A stretch of 64,000 nt of DNA, taken from the NCBI GenBank assembly GCA_947453625.1, contig CANGHK010000022.1, forward strand, positions 4,121-68,120, in the 5' to 3' direction. Below the pieces are notes generated by a model that saw only the letters and a list, made by a program, of their open reading frames with translations, had not been told where the DNA came from and did not search any database. Positions 35,658-45,472 of the stretch are shown here, one piece after another. How positions within the stretch are numbered: position 1 is the first letter of the stretch; the number at the start of each line of letters is the position of its first letter. The stretch is from Burkholderiales bacterium. Lineage in GTDB: Bacteria; Pseudomonadota; Gammaproteobacteria; Burkholderiales; Burkholderiaceae_C. Made by a program: the position numbers and the translations under genes.

Positions 35658-38540
35658 ATGACCGAACTCGCGAAATCCTTCGAACCCGCTGCCATCGAGG
35701 CCTACTGGGGCCCGCTGTGGGAGAAAAGCGGCCTCTACGCCCCCACGCTCGACAGCAGCAAGCCGTCATTCAGCGTCCAGTTGCCTCCGCCCAACGTCAC
35801 CGGCACGCTGCACATGGGGCACGCCTTCAACCAGACCATCATGGACTCGTTGACGCGCTACCACCGCATGCGGGGCTTCAACACGCTGTGGGTGCCGGGC
35901 ACCGACCATGCCGGCATCGCCACCCAGATCGTCGTCGAGCGCCAGTTGCAGGAGGCCGGCCTGTCGCGCCACGACCTGGGCCGCGAGGCCTTCCTCAAAC
36001 AGGTCTGGGACTGGAAGAAGGCATCCGGCGCGACCATCACGCGGCAGATGCGCCGCATGGGCGACAGCGTCAGCTGGGACCATGAATATTTCACGATGGA
36101 CGAGGGCCTGTCGGCCACAGTGACCGAGACCTTCGTGCGGCTGTACGAGGAAGGCCTGATCTACCGCGGCAAGCGGCTGGTGAGCTGGGACCCGGTGCTC
36201 AAGAGCGCGGTGTCCGACCTCGAGGTCGAGAGCGAGGAAGAGGACGGCTGGCTCTGGTACATCCGCTACCCGGTGGTGGACGACGACGGCAGCCTGACTG
36301 CTGCCGGGCTGCCGACCAGCCTGGTGGTGGCCACCACCCGCCCCGAGACGATGCTGGGCGACACCGCGGTGATGGTGCACCCCGAGGACGAGCGCTACAG
36401 CGCGCTGATCGGCCGGCAGGTGCGGCTGCCCATCACCGGACGCCTGGTGCCGGTGATCGCCGACAGCTATGTCGACAAGGCATTCGGCACCGGCGTGGTC
36501 AAGGTCACGCCGGCGCATGACCCCAACGACTACCAGGTCGGCCTGCGCCATGGGCTGGCGATGATCACCATCTTCACGCTGGATGCCAAGGTCAACGACG
36601 AAGCCCCCGAAGCCTACCGCGGGCTGGACCGTTTCGTCGCCCGCAAGAAGATCGTCGCCGAGTTGGACGCCGAGGGCCTGCTGGTCGAAACCAAGAAGCA
36701 CAAGCTGCAAGTGCCGCGCTGCGCCCGCACCGGCCAGGTGATCGAGCCCATGCTGACCGACCAGTGGTTCGTCGCGGTGAGCAAGCCCGGCGCCAACGGT
36801 AAATCCATCGCCGAGGAGGCGATAGAGGTCGTGCAGTCGGGCGAGGTCAAGTTCGTTCCCGAGCAATGGGTCAACACCTACAACCAGTGGATGAACAACA
36901 TCCAGGACTGGTGCATCAGCCGCCAGCTCTGGTGGGGCCACCAGATCCCGGCCTGGTACGGCAGCGCCGGCGAGTTGTTCGTCGGCCGCGACGAGGCCGA
37001 GGCTCGCGCCAAGGCCGACGCCGCTGGCTACCAGGGTGTGCTGACGCGCGACCCCGACGTGCTCGACACCTGGTACTCGTCGGCGCTGGTGCCTTTCTCG
37101 ACGCTGGGCTGGCCGGCCAAGTCCATTGAGCAGGACCTGTTCCTGCCCAGCAGCGTGCTGGTCACCGGCTACGACATCATCTTCTTCTGGGTCGCCCGGA
37201 TGATCATGATGACCCGGCACTTCACCGGCAAGGTGCCGTTCAAGCATGTCTACATCCACGGCCTGGTGCTCGACGCGCAGGGCAAGAAGATGAGCAAGAG
37301 CGAGGGCAACGTGCTCGACCCGGTCGACCTGATCGACGGCATAGCACTGGCCCCGCTGCTGGACAAGCGCAGCACCGGTCTGCGCAAGCCCGAAAATGCC
37401 CCCCGCGTGCGCAAGGCGACCGAGAAAGAATTCCCCGACGGCATCCCGGCCTATGGCGCCGACGCGCTGCGCTTCACCTTCGCGGCGATGGCCACGCTGG
37501 GGCGCAGCGTCAACTTCGACAGCAAGCGCTGCGAGGGCTACCGCAACTTCTGCAACAAGCTGTGGAACGCCACCCGCTTCGTGCTGATGAACTGCGAGGG
37601 CCAGGACTGCGGCCTGCGTGAGCACAGCAAGGCGGAATGCCAGCCCGGCGGCCCGGCCCATGGCTACTTGAAGTTCTCGCCCGCCGACAAGTGGATCACC
37701 AGCGAATTGCAACGGGTCGAGGCCGCGGTGGCCACGGGCTTTGCCGACTACCGGCTGGACAACGTCGCCAACGCGATCTACCAGTTCGTCTGGGACGAGT
37801 ACTGCGACTGGTATCTGGAGATTGCCAAGGCGCAAATCGCCGAAGCCGCCAGGTCGGGCAGCCTGCCCGAGCAGCGGGCGACGCGCCGCACCCTGCTGCG
37901 CGTGCTCGAGACCGTGCTGCGCCTGCTGCACCCGATCACGCCCTTCATCACCGCCGAGCTGTGGAACACGGTGGCGGTGGTGGCCGGGCGCAAGTCGGCC
38001 GATGCGGTGTCGGCCATGACCACCGTGGCCAGCGCCGCCTACCCGCAAGCCCAGCTCGAGCGGGTGGACGCGGCCTCGGACGCCTGGATGGCCAGGCTCA
38101 AGTCGCAGGTGGCGGCCTGCCGCAGCCTGCGCAGCGAGATGGGCCTGTCACCGGCCGCCCGGGTGCCGCTCTACGTCATCGGCGAGGCCGAATTCATGGC
38201 CCAGGCAGCGCCGCTGCTGCAGGCGCTGGTCAAGTTGTCGGAGGTCAGGATCTTCAGCGACGAGGCCGAGTTCGCCCAGGCCAGCAAGACATCGCCGGTG
38301 GCGGTGCAGGGTGGCGTGCGCATGGCCTTGTTCGTCGAGATCGACGTCGATGCCGAACGCGCCAGGCTGTCCAAGGAAATCGCCCGCATCGACGGCGAGG
38401 TCACCAAGGCCCTTGCCAAGCTGGGCAACGAGAGTTTCGTCGCCCGCGCTCCGGCCGCGGTAGTCGAGCAGGAGCGCGCGCGAGTGGCCGAATTCAGCCA
38501 GACCCTGGTGCGGCTGCGCGAGCAGGCAGCGCAGTTGTAA
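35658..38540 (+). CDS. valS: valine--tRNA ligase
   Basis: '[15 protein letters not shown]' (HIGH motif), 'KMSKSEGN' (KMSKS motif), and a C-terminal coiled coil; 960 aa. Confidence 0.97.
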   Translation: MTELAKSFEPAAIEAYWGPLWEKSGLYAPTLDSSKPSFSVQLPPPNVTGTLHMGHAFNQTIMDSLTRYHRMRGFNTLWVPGTDHAGIATQIVVERQLQEAGLSRHDLGREAFLKQVWDWKKASGATITRQMRRMGDSVSWDHEYFTMDEGLSATVTETFVRLYEEGLIYRGKRLVSWDPVLKSAVSDLEVESEEEDGWLWYIRYPVVDDDGSLTAAGLPTSLVVATTRPETMLGDTAVMVHPEDERYSALIGRQVRLPITGRLVPVIADSYVDKAFGTGVVKVTPAHDPNDYQVGLRHGLAMITIFTLDAKVNDEAPEAYRGLDRFVARKKIVAELDAEGLLVETKKHKLQVPRCARTGQVIEPMLTDQWFVAVSKPGANGKSIAEEAIEVVQSGEVKFVPEQWVNTYNQWMNNIQDWCISRQLWWGHQIPAWYGSAGELFVGRDEAEARAKADAAGYQGVLTRDPDVLDTWYSSALVPFSTLGWPAKSIEQDLFLPSSVLVTGYDIIFFWVARMIMMTRHFTGKVPFKHVYIHGLVLDAQGKKMSKSEGNVLDPVDLIDGIALAPLLDKRSTGLRKPENAPRVRKATEKEFPDGIPAYGADALRFTFAAMATLGRSVNFDSKRCEGYRNFCNKLWNATRFVLMNCEGQDCGLREHSKAECQPGGPAHGYLKFSPADKWITSELQRVEAAVATGFADYRLDNVANAIYQFVWDEYCDWYLEIAKAQIAEAARSGSLPEQRATRRTLLRVLETVLRLLHPITPFITAELWNTVAVVAGRKSADAVSAMTTVASAAYPQAQLERVDAASDAWMARLKSQVAACRSLRSEMGLSPAARVPLYVIGEAEFMAQAAPLLQALVKLSEVRIFSDEAEFAQASKTSPVAVQGGVRMALFVEIDVDAERARLSKEIARIDGEVTKALAKLGNESFVARAPAAVVEQERARVAEFSQTLVRLREQAAQL

Positions 38541-38669
38541 GCCACGCGGCAACCGGCGGCGCCTGACTCGCGCCACCGCAAGCCGCGCGAACCTGCCGGC
38601 GCAGCGGGCCGGAGGCCGAAGCTCGCATGACAGAATCCCGCCAGTTCAACGCAACGACGGGCCCTCTCC

Positions 38670-39536
38670 ATGTTGGTGAAGAAAGCGATTTTTCCGGTGG
38701 CCGGTCTCGGCACCCGGTTCCTGCCGGCCACCAAGGCCCAGCCCAAGGAAATGCTGCCGGTGGTGGACAAGCCGCTGATCCAGTACGCGGTCGAAGAAGC
38801 CTACAACGCCGGCGTGCGCGAGATGATCTTCGTGACCGGCCGCCACAAGCGCCCGATCGAGGACCACTTCGACATGACCTTCGAACTCGAGGTCGCCCTC
38901 GAGCAGGCCGGCAAGGCCGAACTGCTGGACGTGGTGCGCAGCGTCAAGCCGCACGACATGGAATGCATCTACGTGCGCCAGGCCCAGGCGCTGGGCCTGG
39001 GACACGCCGTGCTGTGCGGCCAACGCCTGGTGGGCAGCGAACCCTTCGCGGTGCTGCTGGCCGACGACCTGATGGTCGGCTCGCCGCCGGTGCTCAAGCA
39101 GATGGTCGACCAGTTCAGCGAATGGCGCGCGTCCATCCTGGCGGTGCAGGAAGTACCGCCCGAGCACACCCGGCGCTACGGCATCGTCGACGGCACTCCG
39201 GTCAACGACCGGTTGGTTGACGTCAACCGCATCGTCGAGAAGCCGGCGCCAGAGAACGCACCGTCGCGCCTGGGCGTGGCCGGCCGCTACATCCTGACAC
39301 CGGGGGTGTTCCACGAGATCGCCAGCCAGCCGCGCGGCGTGGGCGGCGAGATCCAGCTGACCGACGGCATCGCCTCGCTGCTGCGCCGCGAGAAAGTGTT
39401 CGCCTACCGCTACGAAGGCCGCCGCTACGACTGCGGCAGCAAGGAAGGCTGGCTGCAGGCGAACGTGGAACTGGCGCTGTCGCACCCCGAGGTTGGGGCC
39501 AGCTTCCGCAGCTACCTCGGCGGGCTGACGCTCTGA
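38670..39536 (+). CDS. galU: UTP--glucose-1-phosphate uridylyltransferase
   Basis: '[40 protein letters not shown]' and 'VEKP'. Confidence 0.95.
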   Translation: MLVKKAIFPVAGLGTRFLPATKAQPKEMLPVVDKPLIQYAVEEAYNAGVREMIFVTGRHKRPIEDHFDMTFELEVALEQAGKAELLDVVRSVKPHDMECIYVRQAQALGLGHAVLCGQRLVGSEPFAVLLADDLMVGSPPVLKQMVDQFSEWRASILAVQEVPPEHTRRYGIVDGTPVNDRLVDVNRIVEKPAPENAPSRLGVAGRYILTPGVFHEIASQPRGVGGEIQLTDGIASLLRREKVFAYRYEGRRYDCGSKEGWLQANVELALSHPEVGASFRSYLGGLTL

Positions 39537-39540
39537 CCTG

Positions 39541-39565
39541 CCTGCGGCCTCAGCGACGCCGCAGG
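39541..39565. terminator. possible bidirectional hairpin between convergent galU and the tusA-like gene
   Basis: CCTGCGGC-ctcagcgac-GCCGCAGG, a perfect 8-bp stem. It overlaps the last codons of the tusA-like gene. There is no clear U-tract. Confidence 0.3.
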
Positions 39566-39777
39566 TAGTGGACGAACTCGTCGCCGGCCTGGCTTTGTTC
39601 GACCAGTTCGTTGCCAGTCTGGCGCGCAAAGGCCTGGAAATCGCGCACCGACCCCGGGTCGGTGGCCAGCACCTTGAGCAGCTCGCCGGGCTGGATCTCG
39701 GACAGCGCCTTCTTGGCCTTCAGGATGGGCAGCGGACAGTTCAGGCCGCGGGTGTCGATTTCCTTCTGCGCTTGCAT
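39550..39777 (-). CDS. TusA-like sulfurtransferase
   Basis: 'DTRGLNCPLPILKAKKAL' (CPxP motif); 75 aa. Start moved to ATG 39777. Confidence 0.85.
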   Translation of the reverse strand: MQAQKEIDTRGLNCPLPILKAKKALSEIQPGELLKVLATDPGSVRDFQAFARQTGNELVEQSQAGDEFVHYLRRR

Positions 39778-39800
39778 GGACTGGGGTCTCGTCGAAATCG

Positions 39801-39840
39801 GGTTGAAGATGGCGGGTTGAAGATGGCGGTTTGAAGATTT
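39801..39840. repeat. three direct copies of G(G/T)TTGAAGAT at 14-bp spacing
   Basis: ggttgaagat ggcg ggttgaagat ggcg gtttgaagat, read directly. It lies 24-63 nt upstream of the tusA-like ATG and runs into the stop codon (39840-39842) of the upstream NUDIX gene. Confidence 0.6.
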
Positions 39841-40379
39841 CAGCCGCGACGCGGCAAGTCCATGAAGCGCGGCTCCAGGCCACGCCGGCGCAGCCAGTCG
39901 GCCAAGGCGTAGCCGGTGCCGGCCGGCCAGCACACCAGGTCGGCGGGCGCGAACAGCTTGTATTCGGACAGCTCGGGCGACAGCCTGACCTCGCCGCGAG
40001 CCAGCGCGTGGTAGGCGATGATCACCTGATTCATGCGCTGGAAGTCGTAGACGCCTATCAGGTCGAGCGACAGCACCTCGAGCGAGGTCTCCTCGGCCAC
40101 CTCGCGGGCGATGCCCTCCTCGGGCGTCTCGCCGGCCTCCATGAAGCCGGTGATCAGCGCGAACATGCGCCCCGACCAGGCCGCGTTGCGCGCCAGCAGC
40201 ACCTGGCCGTCGCGGTCAGCGCATTCGATCACCGCCGCCAGCACCGGCGTCGGGTTGTTCCAGTGGGTCCATTCGCAAGCGGGGCAGCGCAGGCGGACCT
40301 TCAGTCCACCGTCCTCCAATTGTTCGATGGGCTGGAGCGCGGTCGCGCAGGTCGGGCAGAAGCGGTAGGGGTTGGCCAC
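39840..40379 (-). CDS. NUDIX hydrolase with N-terminal zinc ribbon
   Basis: 'CPTC...CPAC' precedes the Nudix box 'GFMEAGETPEEGIAREVAEETSL'. There is no in-frame ATG, so a GTG at 40379 is proposed. The upstream 395 aa of the track ORF are an alternate frame of cysM. Confidence 0.7.
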   Translation of the reverse strand: MANPYRFCPTCATALQPIEQLEDGGLKVRLRCPACEWTHWNNPTPVLAAVIECADRDGQVLLARNAAWSGRMFALITGFMEAGETPEEGIAREVAEETSLEVLSLDLIGVYDFQRMNQVIIAYHALARGEVRLSPELSEYKLFAPADLVCWPAGTGYALADWLRRRGLEPRFMDLPRRG

Positions 40380-40399
40380 GGGGGGGGTGAAAACCTTGT

Positions 40400-41359
40400 T
40401 CAGGCTGGGAAGACGCCGGTCGACAGATAACGCTCGCCCCGGTCGCAGACGATGAAAACGATGGTGGCGTCCTGCACCTGCTGGGCAATCTGCAGCGCCA
40501 CCCAGGCCGCGCCGGCGGCCGAGATGCCGGCAAACAGCCCTTCCTGGCGCGCCAGCTTGCGCGCCATATCCTCGGCATCGGCCTGGCTGACCAGCACCAG
40601 CTCGTCGACCTGGGCCGCATCGTAGATCTTGGGCAGGTAGGCCTCTGGCCATTTGCGGATGCCAGGGATGCGCGAGCCCTCGGCCGGTTGGGCGCCGACG
40701 ATGCGCACCCCGGGGTTGCGGCTCTTGAGGTAGCGGCCGACACCGGTGATGGTGCCGGTGGTGCCCATCGCGCTGACGAAATGGGTGACGCGCCCGGCCG
40801 TCTGCTGCCAGATCTCGGGCCCGGTGGTCTCGAAATGGATGCGCGGGTTGTCGGCGTTGGCAAACTGGTCGAGCACCCTGCCCTTGCCGTCGCGCGCCAT
40901 CTGCTCGGCCAGGTCGCGGGCGTATTCCATGCCGCCCGAGCGCGGCGTCAGGATCAGTTCGGCGCCGAACGCCTTCATGGTCTGGACCCGCTCGATGGAC
41001 AAGTCCTCGGGCATGATCAACACCATGTGGTAGCCGCGGATCGCCGCGGCCATTGCCAACGCGATGCCGGTGTTGCCCGAGGTGGCCTCGATCAGCGTGT
41101 CGCCGGGGGCGATGTCGCCGCGCTCCTCGGCGCGCCGGATCATGCTCATCGCCGGTCTGTCCTTGACCGAGCCGGCCGGGTTGTTGCCTTCTAGCTTGCC
41201 GAGGATGACGTTGCCGCGCGCCGCGCCGCCGGCGCCCGGCAAGCGCTGCAAGCGCACCACTGGGGTCTGGCCGATCACGTCCTCGATGGTGGGGTAGTCG
41301 ACAGTGGGAAGGACGGCGGCAGCGGCCTCCGCAGGCGGGTGCTTCTTGGAACGGGGCAT
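40400..41359 (-). CDS. cysM: cysteine synthase B-type (PLP-dependent O-acetylserine sulfhydrylase)
   Basis: 'ILGKLEGNNPAGSVKDRPAMSMI', 'EATSGNTGIALAMAAA' and 'GTTGTITG'. Confidence 0.9.
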   Translation of the reverse strand: MPRSKKHPPAEAAAAVLPTVDYPTIEDVIGQTPVVRLQRLPGAGGAARGNVILGKLEGNNPAGSVKDRPAMSMIRRAEERGDIAPGDTLIEATSGNTGIALAMAAAIRGYHMVLIMPEDLSIERVQTMKAFGAELILTPRSGGMEYARDLAEQMARDGKGRVLDQFANADNPRIHFETTGPEIWQQTAGRVTHFVSAMGTTGTITGVGRYLKSRNPGVRIVGAQPAEGSRIPGIRKWPEAYLPKIYDAAQVDELVLVSQADAEDMARKLARQEGLFAGISAAGAAWVALQIAQQVQDATIVFIVCDRGERYLSTGVFPA

Positions 41360-41463
41360 GGGCAGGAATCCTCTCGGGCGCCGATTGTGTCAGCCGCCGC
41401 CCGAAGGCGCTGTGCCCCGCATGACATAATCGCGTCTCTACACCGTGTCCCAGGACGCGCGTC

Positions 41464-41548
41464 GCCCTCGTGACGGAATCGGTAGACGTAGCGGATTCAA
41501 AATCCGCCGCCGCAAGGCGTGCCAGTTCGAGTCTGGCCGAGGGCACCA
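41464..41548 (+). tRNA. tRNA-Leu (anticodon CAA)
   Basis: GCCCTCGTGACGGAATCGGTAGACGTAGCGGATTCAAAATCCGCCGCCGCAAGGCGTGCCAGTTCGAGTCTGGCCGAGGGCACCA. Acceptor stem GCCCTCG/CGAGGGC, a long variable arm, anticodon loop UUCAAAA, and CCA encoded. Confidence 0.95.
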
Positions 41549-41560
41549 CCCCCACTCCCC

Positions 41561-42157
41561 ATGCCACCCCTGCCCCCCGTCACCAAGGCGTTGATGCTGA
41601 TCTGCACCGCAGTGTTCTGCGTGCAGAAGTTCCTGCCGGTGGACGCGCTGTTTGCGCTCTGGCCACTGGGCAGCGGCCGCTTCTGGCCCTGGCAGGTGGT
41701 GAGTTACGCCTTCCTGCACGGCGACATGATGCATTTGTTCTTCAACATGCTCGGGCTGTGGATGTTCGGCAGCGAACTCGAGCGGCTGTGGGGCCGCAAC
41801 CGCTACCTGCAGATGCTGCTGGCCAGCGTGATCGCCGCGGCCCTGGTGCAACTGGGCTTCACGCTGCTGACCGGCTCGCGCGCGCCCACCGTCGGCGCCT
41901 CGGGCGGCTTGTTCGGGCTGCTGCTGTCCTACGGCATGCTGTTCCCGAACCGCGTGATCATGCCGCTGTTCCCGCCCATCCCGATGAAGGCACGCACCTT
42001 CGTGATGGTGTTCGGCGGCCTGGAACTGCTGTTCGGTCTGACCGGCGGCGGCGGCGTGGCGCACTTTGCGCACCTGGGCGGCATGCTCGGCGCCTGGATC
42101 ATGATCAGTTGGTGGCGTGGCAAGCTGCCGTTCAGCGGCCCGCGCCGCCGCCGCTGA
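41561..42157 (+). CDS. rhomboid-family intramembrane serine protease
   Basis: 'HGDMMHLFFNMLGLWMFG', catalytic 'GASGGLFGL' and 'HFAHLGGMLGAW'. Start moved to ATG 41561. Confidence 0.85.
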   Translation: MPPLPPVTKALMLICTAVFCVQKFLPVDALFALWPLGSGRFWPWQVVSYAFLHGDMMHLFFNMLGLWMFGSELERLWGRNRYLQMLLASVIAAALVQLGFTLLTGSRAPTVGASGGLFGLLLSYGMLFPNRVIMPLFPPIPMKARTFVMVFGGLELLFGLTGGGGVAHFAHLGGMLGAWIMISWWRGKLPFSGPRRRR

Positions 42158-42320
42158 CCTGCTGAACTGCTGACGGGTCACTCGCCGCAGGTCTGTACGG
42201 CCTGGCGCCCAATCTGGCAGGGACACCGGCACGCGCGCCAAGCCCCCGGCCCCGTCAGGGCTGTCAAAATCGGATCATGCTTGGCCAGGCTCAACCCTGC
42301 CATGACCCGGGAGCGCTGCG

Positions 42321-43385
42321 ATGAAGTCCCCCCTGCCCGCTGTTTCTGCCGTGACCTGGACCGCGCTGCTGGCCCTGCTGGCGGCCTGGCTGCTGACTTG
42401 GTCGCCGCCGGGCTTTGCCGCCGACCTTCCCGACCCCGGCGCGCTGGCCGCCCGCTCACTGGCGCTGCAGCGCGCCCATCAGGCGGTGTTGGGCGTGCAG
42501 GCCATCGCGCTGGACGATGCCCGGTCCAACGCCAACCTGGGGCGTGCGCGCAGCGGATCGGGCGTGCTGATAGGCGCCGACGGCCTGGTGCTGACCATAG
42601 GCTACCTGGTGCTGGAGGCCGAACAGGTGCAACTGGTGCGGGACGACGGCCGCGACGTTCCGGCGCGCGTGCTGGGCTACGACGTGGCCACCGGCTTCGG
42701 TCTGGTGCAGGCGCTGGCCCCGCTGGACCTGGCGCCCGCGCCGCTGGGCGTGGCCGCGGGCCTGGCAGCCGACGAGCCGCTGATGATCGCCAGCGGCGGC
42801 GAGGATGGCGCGGTCAGCGTCGCCTCGCTGGTCTCGCGCCGGCCGTTCTCGGGCAACTGGGAATACCACATCGAGGGCGCGCTGTTCACCGCGCCGCCGC
42901 GCCGCGACCACAGCGGCGCCGGCCTGTTCAACCCGGCCGGCGAGCTGGTGGGCATAGGCTCGCTGCTGGTGGCCGACGCCCAGGGCGACCGCGCCGTCGA
43001 GCAGCCGCGCCGCAGCGGCAACATGTTCGTGCCGGTCGATCTGCTCTTGCCCATACTCGACGAGCTGCGTCGGCAAGGGCGAAGCGCGGCCAGCCAGCGC
43101 GCCTGGCTGGGCCTGAACTGCGTCGAGCAGGACGGCGGCCTGCGGGTGTTGCGGGTCAACGACGACAGCCCGGCCGATGTGGCCGGCCTGCAGCCCGGCG
43201 ACCGCATCCTGCGCATCGACGGCACCGAGGTGCGGGCGCTCGCCACGCTGTGGCAGACGCTGTGGGCCGGCGGGGCGCCCGAGCGGGAGGTGACGCTGGA
43301 GATCGAGCGCGACCGCCTGCCGCGCACGTTGAAGGTCTACAGCGTCGACCGCATCAAGACCTTGCGCCACGCCGAAGGCATCTGA
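42321..43385 (+). CDS. secreted trypsin-fold (HtrA/S1C-like) protein with C-terminal PDZ domain
   Basis: Signal peptide, 'GSGVLIGADGLVLT', 'DHSGAGLFNPAGELVGIGS', and PDZ-like 'GLRVLRVNDDSPADVAGLQPGDRILRIDG'. Confidence 0.75.
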   Translation: MKSPLPAVSAVTWTALLALLAAWLLTWSPPGFAADLPDPGALAARSLALQRAHQAVLGVQAIALDDARSNANLGRARSGSGVLIGADGLVLTIGYLVLEAEQVQLVRDDGRDVPARVLGYDVATGFGLVQALAPLDLAPAPLGVAAGLAADEPLMIASGGEDGAVSVASLVSRRPFSGNWEYHIEGALFTAPPRRDHSGAGLFNPAGELVGIGSLLVADAQGDRAVEQPRRSGNMFVPVDLLLPILDELRRQGRSAASQRAWLGLNCVEQDGGLRVLRVNDDSPADVAGLQPGDRILRIDGTEVRALATLWQTLWAGGAPEREVTLEIERDRLPRTLKVYSVDRIKTLRHAEGI

Positions 43386-43427
43386 CGGCCGGTGGCCGGG
43401 TCGGGTCGGGTCGGCCGCCGCGCCGGT

Positions 43428-44318
43428 TCAGGCCAGCAAGCCCTGCACCACCGTGGGGTAGCGCAGCCGCAGCCCCAACTCCTGCTTCAGGCGCCGGTTC
43501 AGCAGCCGGCGGGATTCGCCCATGAAGCTCAGTTGCATGGGCGACAACACGGCAGCCGCCTGCTCGCGCGACAGGCGCGGCGGCCGCGCCAGGCCGCACA
43601 GGTCGGCGGCCAGGTCGAAGTAGTCGCCCATGCGCAGGTCGGTGTCGTCGCAGACGTTGACCACGCGCTGCGGAAGGCCGCGGTACAGCGCCGCCACGCA
43701 GGCCCGCGCCAAGTCGTCGGCATGGATGTGGTTGGTGTAGACATCGTCCTCGGCGCGCAGCACCGGTGATGCGCGCGCCAGCCGCTCGCGCGGGTGGCCG
43801 CCGGGCCGGTCGCCGGCATAGATGCCCGGGATGCGCAGCAGGCTGACTTTGACGCTGGCGGCGACGGCGAAGGCGCGCAAGCGGGTCTCGGCATCGACCC
43901 GGCGCCTGGCCCGGTCGGTGGCCGGCGCGACCGGCCGGGTCTCGTCGAACTGCGCGCCGCCGGCGTCGCCGTAAACCCCGGTGGTGCTGGCATAGACCAG
44001 ACGGCGCAGCCGGCCGCCGCGCGCCAGCGCCTGCAGCAGGTGGGCGGTGCGGCGGTCGGTCGGGCCCTGGCCGGGCGGCGGCGCCAGGTGCAGCACCGCG
44101 TCGGCCAAGCCGCCCAGGCGCGCCAACGTGGCCGGCCGGTCCAGATCGCCCAGCAGCGGCACCGCGCCGGCCGCGCGCAGTTCAGCCAGGCGCGCTGGCG
44201 ACGAGGTCAGCGCCAGCAGCCGCCAGCGGCCGCGCAGCAGGCGCAGCACGCGCAACCCGATGTCGCCGCAACCCACCACAAGCAAGGTGGGTCGGCGGGG
44301 CGGGGCGACAGCGGTCAT
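43428..44318 (-). CDS. NAD(P)-binding SDR/epimerase-family oxidoreductase
   Basis: Rossmann N-terminus 'LLVVGCGDIGLRV'; 296 aa with epimerase-like length and composition. Confidence 0.7.
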   Translation of the reverse strand: MTAVAPPRRPTLLVVGCGDIGLRVLRLLRGRWRLLALTSSPARLAELRAAGAVPLLGDLDRPATLARLGGLADAVLHLAPPPGQGPTDRRTAHLLQALARGGRLRRLVYASTTGVYGDAGGAQFDETRPVAPATDRARRRVDAETRLRAFAVAASVKVSLLRIPGIYAGDRPGGHPRERLARASPVLRAEDDVYTNHIHADDLARACVAALYRGLPQRVVNVCDDTDLRMGDYFDLAADLCGLARPPRLSREQAAAVLSPMQLSFMGESRRLLNRRLKQELGLRLRYPTVVQGLLA

Positions 44319-44398
44319 GGCGGGGGGAAGGCAGCGGGCACAATCGGCCCAGTTTACCGGCCCCCCAGCTCCTGATCCGGCCCGCCCGGGCTTGCCCC

Positions 44399-45472
44399 AT
44401 GCGCTTCCAAGTCACTCTCCAGCCCTCCGGCCGCCACTTCGACGTGCAGCGCGACGAGACCCTCCTGGCCGCGGCCATCCAGCAAGGCGTTGGCCTGCCC
44501 TACGGTTGCCGCGACGGCGCCTGCGGCTCGTGCAAGAGCCGGCTGGTCTCGGGCCAGGTGGTCCACGGCACCCACCAGGCCAAGGCCTTGAGCGAGGCCG
44601 AGCAAGCCGCCGGGATGATCCTGACCTGCTGCGCCAAGCCGCTGAGCGACTGCGTGGTCGAGGCGCGCAGCGTGCCGGGCGCGGGCGAGTTCCCGGTGCT
44701 CAAGATGCCGACCCGGGTGCTGGCCCTGCAGCGGCCGGCCCCCGACGTGGCGCTGCTGCGCCTGCAATTGCCGGCCAACCAGCGCTTCCAGTACCACGCC
44801 GGGCAGTATGTCGAGTTCATCCTGGCCGGCGGCGCGCGGCGCAGCTACTCGATGGCCAATGCGCCGGGCCGGGTCGGCAGCCCGCCGGCGATCGAATTGC
44901 ACATCCGCCACCTGCCCGGCGGGCTGTTCACCGACGCGGTGTTCGGCACGCTGAAGGAGCGCGACATCCTGCGCCTGGAAGGCCCGTTCGGCAGCTTCTT
45001 CCTGCGCAACGGGGCGGACGACCAAGCCCGGCCCATCGTGCTGCTGGCCTCGGGCACCGGGCTGGCGCCGATCAAGGCGCTGGTCGAGCAGTTGCAGGAC
45101 AGCGGCGCCACGCGCCCGGCGCTGCTGTACTGGGGCTGCCGCAGCCGCGCCGACCTCTACCTGCACGACTGGGCGCTGCAGGCCGCCGCCGACCTGCCCT
45201 GGCTGCGCTACATCCCGGTGCTGTCCGAGCCCCAGCCCGCCGACGACTGGACCGGCCGCACCGGCTTCGTGCACCAGGCGGTGATGGCCGACCTGCCCGA
45301 CCTGTCCGGCCATCAGGTCTATGCCTGCGGCGCGCCGGCGATGGTGGACGCCGCGCGGCGCGACTTCAGCGCTCGCTGCGGCCTGCCGGCAGACCAGTTC
45401 CTGGCCGACGCTTTCACGTCCGAGGCCGACAAGCACGCCGCGTTGCCCTCCATGTTGGCTGCCACGTCATGA
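44399..45472 (+). CDS. 2Fe-2S ferredoxin / FAD / NAD(P)H oxidoreductase (CDP-6-deoxy-delta-3,4-glucoseen reductase-like)
   Basis: 'YGCRDGACGSCKSRL', 'RSYSMAN' and 'LLASGTGLAPI'. Confidence 0.85.
   Translation: MRFQVTLQPSGRHFDVQRDETLLAAAIQQGVGLPYGCRDGACGSCKSRLVSGQVVHGTHQAKALSEAEQAAGMILTCCAKPLSDCVVEARSVPGAGEFPVLKMPTRVLALQRPAPDVALLRLQLPANQRFQYHAGQYVEFILAGGARRSYSMANAPGRVGSPPAIELHIRHLPGGLFTDAVFGTLKERDILRLEGPFGSFFLRNGADDQARPIVLLASGTGLAPIKALVEQLQDSGATRPALLYWGCRSRADLYLHDWALQAAADLPWLRYIPVLSEPQPADDWTGRTGFVHQAVMADLPDLSGHQVYACGAPAMVDAARRDFSARCGLPADQFLADAFTSEADKHAALPSMLAATS

Noticed and set aside
39840-41567. A 575-aa ORF spanning the NUDIX gene, cysM and tRNA-Leu.
   Set aside because: The N-terminal ~395 aa are an alternate frame of cysM and run across a tRNA gene. 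Only the last ~179 aa (zinc ribbon plus Nudix box) are credible, with a GTG start.
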